Below are positions 1-10,260 of a DNA stretch of 32,278 nt, one piece after another (within the stretch, counting starts at the first letter, position 1; every line of letters starts with the position of its first letter). A model generated the notes under the pieces. The model was given only the letters and a program-made list of their open reading frames with translations. It was not told the origin of the DNA and ran no database searches. Location of the stretch: the NCBI RefSeq assembly GCF_001194135.2, contig NC_069003.1:2063179-2095456 (forward strand). The letters run 5' to 3'. The position numbers and the translations under genes were made by a program. This DNA comes from Octopus bimaculoides. Taxonomy: Eukaryota.

Positions 1-206
1 GGTGGTGGTGGCGGTTATGGTTGTGGTAACAGTGATAGTGGTGGGATAGTGGTGGTGGCGCTGGCGGCGGTGGTGTTACTACTACCATTAGTGCCAGTAG
101 TTGTAGTAGTATTATTATTATTGCATCTGCTAAATGTTACATTTGTAGTGATGCTTGCAGGTGAAAACATACAGGAGCAGCAGCATACAGTAGTAGTAGT
201 AGTAGC

Positions 207-254
<48 letters not shown>

Positions 255-600
255 TGTAGTAGCAGCAGCAGTTAGTGTATACTTAGTCGTAGTTGTTTTA
301 GCAGCAGTAGTGATGGTAGTAGCAAAAGGAGGAGGGGGAAGAGTGGAGGAGGAGGTCTAAGAGTTATCTCCATAGTAGTAGTAGTAGTAGTCGTACTCTT
401 AATCAGAGAACCCTTAGTGTTAGTGGTAATACTAGTAGTAGTAGTAGTATTAGTAATAGTAGTGGTGGTGGTGTTGGTTGTGATGGTGGCGGTGGCTGTA
501 GTGGTGGTTGTAGTGCTGGTGGTGCTAGTAGAAAACATAGTTGTTGCTTGTGAAGTAGATGTAGATTTAGTTGTGTTGATTATTGTTTTTTCATTGGTTT
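1..600. repeat. Trinucleotide mosaic (GGT/AGT/GCA/GGA)n
   Basis: Long phase-preserving triplet runs, e.g. (AGT)n at about 188-255. They explain the poly-Val and poly-Thr ORFs 49..360, 272..538 and 417..611. Confidence 0.95.
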
Positions 601-699
601 TGGAATTTTAAGGTTTTTCTTACCACAAGAGGCATCCATACGGCGCTTTACTATACGCTACAATGCGCTGCCATAGAATATGGGCACAATTATCATATT

Positions 700-900
700 G
701 GAACTACTCCAAGGTCTGTACTAAAGAGAAAGATTCTTGTCATGAGACTATGCTACGGCACTTTGCGCCATTCTAAGCGTATATTATCCACACTACAATG
801 GTTATATAGGAACTATTCCAAGCCTTATATTAAAGAGAAAATAGTTCTTGTCATGACACTATGCTACAACACTTTCCGCCACTCTGAGCCTATATTCTCC
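700..900 (+). repeat. Diverged direct duplication, two ~90-nt units
   Basis: 700-789 GGAACTACTCCAAGG...TTCTTGTCATGAGACTATGCTAC... aligns with 809-900 GGAACTATTCCAAGC...TTCTTGTCATGACACTATGCTAC...; about 80% identity by eye with one 2-nt indel. Confidence 0.9.
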
Positions 901-2949
901 GAGCTACGCGGCACTGTAACGTTCTATATCATACGACCACAGTATCGATATTTTCGCCTCAGTTACGTTACACCCCAGCTATTTGCGTCAAATACGACAC
1001 TATGCATATTTATGCAACACTACACCGAGTTACAATGAAAGTTGACGATTACGTATGTCTCCATTTTTTCTTTTTCTTTTTTCAGGAACAACTAGATCTA
1101 TTGGTGAAGAATCAACGGCGTTCGAGAGAATAAGTATTAAAATTATTGTTGAGAAAAAGCTATCTGATATGGTGGAATGGAAGCCATCTTAATATTGGAA
1201 AAGATTTGCCAGTATCCCGGTGATTCGGGGGCCGAGTAAAAGGAAATACAAAAAGCTTACATCATGACTGCTCAATGCTCAATGAACACCGCAAAGGCAG
1301 TAAATGCAACATGGACAGCTGCAATGGAGACTGTGGAGCCATGGCCAGCAAGAAGGAACAAAACAAGTATTCTGACTGCGTCTGAAGGCCATAATTTGAC
1401 CCGATATAAGTCTACAGCAGACTTAATGCCTGACTACACTACATTCACGAGAGAACAGACATTACGACACACCACGTCATATTAAACGCCACATCACACG
1501 ACACCGCACGTTAAATTAAAAAGTTACTCGTTAACTTATGTTGAATAATTTTTTTAAAGCATCTAGTGATTGAAGAGACACGTAGTTACCAAATATTGAA
1601 AAAAAAATCAAATATTTAATTGTTATAGTAATTTTGCATTTAAAATAATGTTAAGTATGCTTCGGTCGTCGTTGTAACTCACGATATCGAAAATGGTTTT
1701 GAGTCGAAGAAGCATCCATGAGGTCACCAGACGTCTTAGACTAATCAGTAAATTATCTGCCTCCAAATATTCTTCACTTTGTGAAAAATTGCAAATTGAT
1801 ATTTAAAAAATTTAGAAAAAGCAATGACATACGGTAGAACACACGCCTATATACATTTTGAAAAAAAAAAAAAGAAAAAAGAAAAAAAAGAGAAAACACG
1901 ACGAGTTGTTGGGTTGGGCGTGGCTGGAAAACTGGTCGAACGAACAAAATTCGATCCTCTATAACAGCTTGTGAAGTAGGGTCGCTGGGGTGATTGTCTC
2001 GAGATATGCTCTCGGCTGAAGATAATAGAGTCTCCTTAAATCGCCGAACAGTTTCAGTTGAAAATTAAAGAGTTTCCAGTCAAAGAGACAGCTCCGAGGT
2101 TAAAGTGCAGTTATCATTAAAGAGTGAAGTAACCAAAACACACATCACACGAACGAAAGACATCGACATATTAACAAAGTTTTACATTTAATGGAAGTAT
2201 CACAAACATTTCATATTTTCGCTGCCAATATCCAATAGCCTCTGTCCGACCGTAATTGAAGACTTTCGTTTGAGATTTTATAATCATTTCGTTTACTTAA
2301 CTCTCTATCTTTCTCTTAAAGTTCAAGACTCCAGCGGCGATTTTTCGCGTCTCACTTCTTAGAAAATCGGAATTCTTCGAGCTGTCAACAGACTGTGTGA
2401 TTCAAATGCTATCAGTATTGATTTCAGGCTCAAATCGTTGCTGGTATTATACCAGGCCGTCTAATATCATCTAATATCGCATCACATTACATTACATCAC
2501 CTCATATTACATTAGGCGGAATTTCGTAGATGCACAAAAGGATAATGAATAATTAATGCAAAACGGGAATATATTAGCAATTCACTCTTAACATGCCTGG
2601 CCTTTTATATATTCGCTGCAAATCAAATGGTGTTGTATGCGTATTATATAATATACTGAAGCCTACAGCTTCCCTATATTAGCATCATGCTCATCATCAT
2701 TGACGATGCAGCTATTGTCATCTGTCGAGCCTGCATATGGCTTCCAGTGAATAGCTGACATGTAAATTGCTTGAAAACCTGATCAGTGCTTGTCAGTTGC
2801 AGATACATAGTATTGAACGACCTCTGGCATTTCATAAATGCATGCAAATACATCTACACATTCACACACAGACAGACACAGACAGATATACACTCCACCA
2901 GGCGCACGTAGACTATCACATATTGGTATTTACATATATGCGCTCATAT

Positions 2950-2962
2950 GCATGTGTGTTTA

Positions 2963-2995
<33 letters not shown>

Positions 2996-2999
2996 GTGT

Positions 3000-3037
<38 letters not shown>

Positions 3038-3707
3038 NNNNNNNNNNNNNNNNNNNNNNNNNNNNNNNNNNNNNNNNNNNNNNNNNNNNNNNNNNNNNNN
3101 NNNNNNNNNNNNNNNNNNNNNNNNNNNNNNNNNNNNNNNNNNNNNNNNNNNNNNNNNNNNNNNNNNNNNNNNNNNNNNNNNNNNNNNNNNNNNNNNNNNN
3201 NNNNNNNNNNNNNNNNNNNNNNNNNNNNNNNNNNNNNNNNNNNNNNNNNNNNNNNNNNNNNNNNNNNNNNNNNNNNNNNNNNNNNNNNNNNNNNNNNNNN
3301 NNNNNNNNNNNNNNNNNNNNNNNNNNNNNNNNNNNNNNNNNNNNNNNNNNNNNNNNNNNNNNNNNNNNNNNNNNNNNNNNNNNNNNNNNNNNNNNNNNNN
3401 NNNNNNNNNNNNNNNNNNNNNNNNNNNNNNNNNNNNNNNNNNNNNNNNNNNNNNNNNNNNNNNNNNNNNNNNNNNNNNNNNNNNNNNNNNNNNNNNNNNN
3501 NNNNNNNNNNNNNNNNNNNNNNNNNNNNNNNNNNNNNNNNNNNNNNNNNNNNNNNNNNNNNNNNNNNNNNNNNNNNNNNNNNNNNNNNNNNNNNNNNNNN
3601 NNNNNNNNNNNNNNNNNNNNNNNNNNNNNNNNNNNNNNNNNNNNNNNNNNNNNNNNNNNNNNNNNNNNNNNNNNNNNNNNNNNNNNNNNNNNNNNNNNNN
3701 NNNNNNN

Positions 3708-3743
<36 letters not shown>
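2950..3743. repeat. (TG)n / assembly gap 3038-3707 / (TA)n
   Basis: Direct reading; the gap is bounded by dinucleotide tracts. Confidence 0.97.
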
Positions 3744-3886
3744 GACGGGCTTCTTTCATTTTCCGTCTACGAATTACACTCACAACGCTTTGGTTGGCAC
3801 TTGCCCAAAGTGACACGCAGTGGAACCGAACCCAGAACCATGTGGTCGGTAAGAAAGCAACTTACCACACACTCACTCCTGTTCCT
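3744..3886 (-). mobile_element. tRNA-headed SINE family A, internally deleted copy
   Basis: GACGGGCTTCTTTC..TTCCGTCTAC...CACTTGCCCAA...GCAGTGGAACCGAACCC..AACCATGTGG...CTTACCACAC; reverse complement aligns with the + copies at 13189, 16146 and 17302. The tail abuts (TA)n. Confidence 0.85.
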
Positions 3887-5094
3887 ATAGTTCGCAAAAT
3901 TCACTTTCCCATACTACAAAGTTCATATTTTCGAAATAGTTCTCAAATAACATGAACAAATGGAAATTTGGAGAGCAACTAAGCGTTTCACCGACTTACA
4001 TTCTTTTGTGTACCCTGAAACATAAAATAACCCAATTTCTATATTCACAATACCATGACCAAAAACTGACACACTTAAATAAACACATCTAGTTACGATG
4101 TTCACATGCTTGATTGAACACTGAACAATAACCTACAACATACCAAAACAATCGGGTTAAATTTTCTAAACAGTGTTAAAATAACATCAACAATATTTAA
4201 ACCCCACTTAGTTATCTGCTGAACGTATAAGCTATTTACCTACTAACATTATTTTCTCAACCTTAAAATACAACGCTACAATCTGAATAGACACACATGA
4301 TTACAGAGCTTTACCCGCTTGACTGTACTCTAACCGACAACACAAATTTAAACAGTAACAATATGCGAAATCTTTCTGCCAAAAGGCACTGTACAGCATG
4401 ATTATCGTTCTACATAGCTCCACTTTACCTAGAAAAACAAAGAATAAAAACAAATTTAGGAGAGATTATATAAAGCCAAGAGAACCCAAATGTAGAAGAG
4501 TCCGAATAAGGCCAGGAAATAGAAACTTCGAAGTGACTCCCGCTACTACCCTTCCTGTAAATATTTAATAAATGTATATTGTATAAATGTCATCCTTGAA
4601 TTTCATTTTAAGATATTTCATTGAAAACTCAACAATGCGTGTGTGAGTGTGTGTGTGTGTGTTTCATCTTTTGCTTGTCCGGTAGCTAAGAAACCGCAGG
4701 TCCGTCCAACAAATCAACTTGCTTAAAGGGAAAGGAATAGTGACACCCGACTGTAACATGTCTTGTGTAACATGGTTCTTCGTCTCCCGGGTTCACTTCG
4801 AATGGTCACATCGCCTCTTTAGCCAACTTCACTCTGACTATCATTCTACTGTTTGTTTAGGCTGCCATCTTCACACTCCGCGTTCTTTACAACACAAATT
4901 TATATTGTCCGTTCCTTTACCAGTTCAAATCGTCCACCTCACAGCAAAGACTCATAAAACAGAGAATAACTTGCAGTTTGCTTCAAATTAGTCAAGTGAT
5001 CAATGAAGGTGTTTCTTCTTCCTAACATTACTCCCTCCCTAGACATTTCTGAACTCGAAGAATTTTTAGTCCAATGCACAAAACCCCAGGGAAT

Positions 5095-5145
5095 ATTGGC
5101 CTTATTTGTCAAGCCGCTCAGTTACGGGGGCATAAGCACCGACAC
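5095..5145 (-). mobile_element. SINE family C fragment
   Basis: CCGCTCAGTTACGGGGGCATAAGCAC matches CCGCTAAGTTACGGGGATGTAAACAC at about 16482-16507; both are followed by CA-rich tracts. Confidence 0.55.
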
Positions 5146-5222
5146 GCACGCACGCACACATACACACGTGTGTGTGTGTGTATATATATATAAATATATA
5201 CATACACACACACACACACATG

Positions 5223-5270
<48 letters not shown>
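5146..5270. repeat. Compound (CA)n/(TG)n/(TA)n microsatellite
   Basis: Direct reading. Confidence 0.95.
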
Positions 5271-5273
<3 letters not shown>

Positions 5274-6607
5274 ATAAAACTCTAAATATTAGAAAACCTC
5301 AGAGTGGAAATCATTTTTACTATGATATTGTGCTCACAATACCTGGAGCAGGGAATCTCCAGAGAGTCGGGTTTACTGCCTGTTGACCGCTCCGAAAACA
5401 AGAAGTCACGGGATTTCTTCAGCTGCTAAGGCTATAGATCAGCTGGATATAAAAGACGCTTCATAAAGCACAGTATAAATTATTGAGGTGGAGTTTACTT
5501 AAATATTTAAGGCACGCACCACTGTGGATTGAATAAAAACGTAAGGAAAGTACGTCAAGTGATTATTCCCCCGTTTTATTTCGCGTATAAATACAGTAGA
5601 AACAATATGTTTATATCAATATTTAGCAGACAATCATTTAAGCAGTGCTCTTCCTAATACACATGCGCACGCATGTACACTGTGACACACACATATTTAT
5701 ATATATGGATAAATATATATAAGGATATATTGATTTATACATATTCGTGTGCATATTTGTTTGTTTATGTATATATATATATATATATATAAAATATATA
5801 TGCATATATATACATACATGCATACACACGCTTATATATGTACATATATAAACTTCTTTAAGTTAGTTTGTGAGAGCGTGTTGTGTCCATGTGCGTGCGT
5901 GCGTGCGTGCGCGCGTGCTCGCGTATCTAAGTGCGTGTGTGGTGGGATATATGAATATATAAATGTAATTATCCTGCAAAATGTGTTACTCATTCGTTTC
6001 CCAAGAAAACCAATTTTCATCTCAGCAGATTGACGGCTTCAAATTAAAACTAGTGTTATTGCAATTATGTTACTCCGTAAAATTTCCTATTCTATTACTG
6101 AGAGGCAAATCATCTTTTAATGATAACAATCAGTAAAGGTGACGACAATTATCATCTAACTAACGAGCGTTGTGTTTCGATTTTCATAAAGATAATATAA
6201 ACGAAAACAAGAACGAAATGATGAGGAGAGGGGGGAGTATAAAATGAGGAAGGAGGAGGAAATGATAACGAAAATGAAGATGGTGACGACGGAGTTAATG
6301 TTGTTGGCGATGAGGAAAGAATAGAAAAAGAAAACATTAAAATCAACATAAACGGGAAGGTTAAAAACCCATATTTGTTGTCATCTGATTGCTAAGCATA
6401 ACAGCTAAATCTTACTCGACTCAGCATCCACAATATTTCTTTTCAGTGTGAATAATGCGTTGCATAATTTAAAAGAGAGTTACGTTAGTATCGAATTTTT
6501 ATCGCATCATCGATCTGTTTGATCAGAATAGACTCGGGGCTAAACAACACAAGCCAATAACAATAACAACAACATCAACAGCCTAAATAATAGTAATAAT
6601 CCGTTCT

Positions 6608-6726
6608 ACTATAGGCACAAGGCCTGAAATTTGGGGGAGGGGACAGTTAATTACATCGACCCCAGTGTCCAACTGGTACTTAATCTACCGACCCCGAAAG
6701 GATGAAAGGCAAAGTGGACCTCGGCC
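6608..6726 (-). mobile_element. SINE family B, 3' portion (head missing)
   Basis: TAGGCACAAGGCCTGAAATT...TTACATCGACCCCAG...GGTACTTAA..CGACCCCGAAAGGATGAAAGGCAAAGT is the reverse complement of the body of the 6997-7213 copy; an (ATT)n-like tail lies at about 6555-6600. Confidence 0.9.
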
Positions 6727-6850
6727 AAAGTTCACTTTACCTTTCATCATTTCGGGGTCGATGAAATAAGCACCAGTTACGCGCTGGGGTCGATGTAATC
6801 GATTATCCCTCTTCCCCACCACCAAATCCTTAAGGCCTTGTGCCTAGAGT
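6727..6850 (+). mobile_element. SINE family B, 3' portion (head missing)
   Basis: CACTTTACCTTTCATCATTTCGGGGTCGATGAAATAAGCACCAG...CTGGGGTCGATGTAATCGA...AGGCCTTGTGCCTA aligns with 7090-7200. Confidence 0.9.
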
Positions 6851-6996
6851 TGGTGTTTGATCGAGAGTACGACAAGCTTAGAAGACATTTTCGAGTGATT
6901 TTCGTGGTGAATTTATTAATGTGAGTGGTTTCTCCTTCCGTTCTTATTATTATTAATATTGTTGTTGTTTTTGTTGGGTCAATACGATCTGTTTGT

Positions 6997-7213
6997 AAGG
7001 CTCGAACTGGCAGAAACGGTAGTAGGCCTGGCAAAATGCTTAGCGGTATTTCGTCTGTCTTTACATTCTGACTTCCAATTCTGCCGTGGTCGACTTTGCC
7101 TTTCATCTTTTCGGGGTCCATAAATTAAGTACCAGGTACGTACGGAGGTCGATGTAATCGACTGGCATCCTCCCCAAATATTTCGGACCTTGTGTCTAGA
7201 GTAGAAAAGAATT
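6997..7213 (+). mobile_element. SINE family B, full-length, with 12-bp target-site duplication
   Basis: A-box-like TGGCAGAAACGG, degenerate B-box GACTTCCAATTC, body GTCGACTTTGCCTTTCATC..TCGGGGTC..TAAATTAAGTACCAG; flanked by CGATCTGTTTGT at 6985-6996 and 7214-7225. Confidence 0.9.
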
Positions 7214-7329
7214 CGATCTGTTTGTGCTGTGCATAATCTTATGACCCGATCCGATCAAGAGCTCGAAGCGATTCCCATAGAGTTCTCATAGCGTGCTCTA
7301 TTCCCGCCTATAATGATTTCGTCGCCTTC

Positions 7330-7760
7330 ATCGTTGGACTAGATGCCTACCACCACTAGCAGATGATTACTTATGGTACCCATCTGATGCATACCTATGG
7401 ATGCTTCTTTATTCTACCCATCTCATTGGTAGAAGTGGGCAACTAGTCCCACATATCTGCTATTTTCCCCTCCACCAGGTATTTCCTTATATAAGTTGGA
7501 ATGCAGATAAATTCCTCATGTTTAACGGAATTAATCGTGGCCACAGATTTTTGAAGCAAATCCCACAACATCAAACATGCCATAATGTCTGCTGCTTGTG
7601 GCACATTAGAATTTCTCAAATGGGTCTATTCATTTATTTCCTGGATTTCCACAACCTCTGCCTTTTTACACCTATTCACCAATAGGTCAATGGACATCGT
7701 CTTAATTCCTTGTCTCTTTTTCTAACAGAATTTCTAGCTTCTTTACTTCTCCTGCAACAC
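7330..7760 (-). mobile_element. Possible degraded RTE-clade LINE 3' coding relic
   Basis: Minus-strand frames with stops and frameshifts give KMCCRR, IGVKRQRL, LVEGKI and PMRWVE in the order expected for the RTE ORF C-terminus (EMWCxRR...EGKxxGxRxRGRPxxRW). By-eye match only. Confidence 0.35.
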
Positions 7761-9449
7761 ATTTTCTCTCTCTTTTTTTTTTTTTACTTATATTGTCAAA
7801 TGCCGCGCTCGATCATTCGCTAACTTGGCAAAAGTATTATTTGCAGTTCGAATTTTTACTATTAATATAGTCACTGCTACAGCTGCTTTCACTAACCGCA
7901 GTAGACTTGGTGTTGGTGGTGACAGTTGTATTAGCAGCTGTAGTCGTGTTGCTTATGTCACTATCTGATGTTGTAGCATTCATGGTTTTGGCGATGCTTC
8001 TATGCAGCATTAGAAATTGTCTGCTCGTGACCGAGCAGATGTTAGCAATGTTGTTATTTTTAGATAGACGCTTTATTGTTGTTGTTCTTTGTCAGGTAGT
8101 ATTTAATTCTCCTTGGCTTCTCACTTATGTTATTATTGTTATTGCGTTCGTTATTAATGTTAGACCGGTGGATTATTGTGGTGATGATACTCACAGAATT
8201 TGGGGGTTTCAGAGGTGAGAATTCTCTGTTAATGGAAAGTGTGGTGAAGGGGCTTTCATTTGCAAGATTAACGTTGGAATTTGTGTCCAAAATCACTTTC
8301 GAAGTTACCTTCTTACTTGCTGGATGACTGGTTTGAGTACAAAACACTTTCTTTTAACTTTGATTTCCGTTTTTTTATTTTAATTTTTTGTCCAAACTGA
8401 AGCGACGAAATCATAAGTAGGCGACGGAATTGGTTCATTTTTATCTTGGTTGGTTCTGCAACAAAATATATAACAACAACAAACATTTTATTCATTAAAC
8501 AGCAACCAAACAGCATCTATTTTTGAACGTACGGACCGATACTCAATACGTGTAAATAAATAATCATAACATAATGTAATGATGATAATAAAAATACGAA
8601 TACGATTAATTTATCGTTATTTTGCCCAATAAAGCGATATTACAAAATTAAAATACAAAAACAATGAGTTCTTCATAGAATCGTATATGAAAAACTCGCC
8701 ATAATAAAAGAGTGACCGTCACCCAAATCATTTACGTCAGCAAATGTGCGCAATAGAAAGAAGGCTCCCTTTCGATCTGACAGCTCTTGCCATATGCGTC
8801 AGCATATGAATTTAATTCAACCAACGGAGAATTAGGGAAAGAGACAGAAAGCCTCGTATGCAAAGCTTTAAGGGTTCCGAGAGGACACAATCCGGGATCA
8901 GTAATACTTCATAAACCATCGAATTTAACCTGTAGGGAATTTAAAAGCAGTGAGCAGAGAAACAAGACAAACGTTCGAAGAATTTCGATGAAAATCCACA
9001 AATCAACAAAGTCAAACAATAAACCAGCATAGACTTAATGGTTTCTGAAAAACCCTGATAGAATCTTTGTGGAGTTTGTTTATTTCACAACAACATAACC
9101 AGCGCTAGGAACATTTTTGAACCACCCCATCTAGTCCGATAAAAAATTGGCAGGAGTTAGCTCCCTTTTCACCCTGTTACATTTACCCCCCTTCAACTAC
9201 ACCGCCGGTGATAACTCACTGCAGAATATAAAGAAATTGAATACACACGTGCGAAAATAAAATGCGCTTAATCAAACTAGGAACCCCACACCTAAATAAT
9301 ACTGGCTCCGCTCAAATTATCCAACGAAACTAACCAGTCTACCACAATGAAACCTCTACCCAGCGGATTTACCAGGGAAACAACAACATTTAATGTAAGA
9401 CTTACTACCTTCGTTTATATTACCATCACATATGTATCAATTATTTGAG

Positions 9450-9527
9450 ATTCCGTCTTTCAGATTACGTCTGCCAAATCCACTCACGAGGTTTTGGTCG
9501 ACCCGAGGCTATAGTAGAAGACCCTTG
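9450..9527 (-). mobile_element. SINE family A, 3' fragment
   Basis: GTCTGCCAAATCCACTCACGAGGTTTTGGTCGACCCGAGGCTATAGTAGAAGAC matches the family A body. Confidence 0.8.
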
Positions 9528-9815
9528 TATCTATGTGTATATGTGCGTATGTGTGTGTGTGTGTGTGTGTGCACGTGATGTATGTGTATATGAGCCGAAA
9601 GACGTTTTTGTATGTATGTGTGTGTATGTATATATGCACACGGATGCTTACATATAGAGGTAAATATGCCTAGATATTCATGTGTATATACCTAAACACA
9701 CATACACACAAACATATATATTTAAATACATACTTACCTACCAACATATGTACCTACCTACCTATCTACATACATACATACATACATACATACATACATA
9801 CATACATACATACAT
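9528..9815. repeat. (TG)n/(TA)n degenerate tract ending in (CATA)n
   Basis: Direct reading; pure (CATA)n at about 9768-9815. Confidence 0.9.
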
Positions 9816-10069
9816 AGCCTTCATACAAGTTTAATACGTTAATAAATCTTTACAGCAAATATATATGCAGAACAATTATTTCTTCTCAGTTTCAAAAGTA
9901 TCTTCTCTTGTTCTCTATAAAGATAAAGTGTTTTGTTTCAAAATAACAATATATCGAATTTTATAGCGAGACAAATTTTGATTTTCTAATAATTCGTAAC
10001 ACAACAAGAAATTCTTATATTCCAATATAAGAAATTCTTATATTGCATACATGCATACATACATAAAGA

Positions 10070-10260
10070 GAACTATTGAGAAATCTGCAGTTGCTTTATG
10101 CAGTTTACAGTTTCAGGTTTATACCTGCAATTATTGGGGGCCCTGGGATATGTAACACGCTGCCTAAATACCAGTCTTGAGAAATTAGGCTTCTGAAAAC
10201 TAGAAAGGAGAAAGCTAATTCGAAGACTTCAGATCCATTCAATCCTTGGAACGGTAAAAC
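10070..10260 (+). mobile_element. Non-LTR retrotransposon fragment, C-terminus of restriction-like endonuclease domain (R4/Dong/NeSL-like)
   Basis: With one frameshift it reads ELLRNLQLLYAVYSFRFIPAIIG/ALGYVTRCLNTSLEKLGF*KLERRKLIRRLQIHSILGTVK, fitting the RLE-LINE terminal pattern L..L......IP.(I/V)IGALG....L...L..LG.......LQ...I.GT. Confidence 0.75.

Noticed and set aside
49-611. Poly-Val and poly-Thr ORFs resembling membrane or mucin proteins
   Set aside because: Pure triplet-repeat translation, open in several frames, with no domain or splice support.
1086-1485. Acceptor-like TTTTCAG at 1085 and the 73-aa ORF 1264..1485
   Set aside because: All three frames after the acceptor stop within 35 codons and no peptide is recognisable.
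2767-3955. Long ORFs of 290-348 aa, and likewise those at 16519-17027, 17972-19359 and 30661-31761
   Set aside because: They consist of N-gap X residues and dinucleotide-repeat translations.
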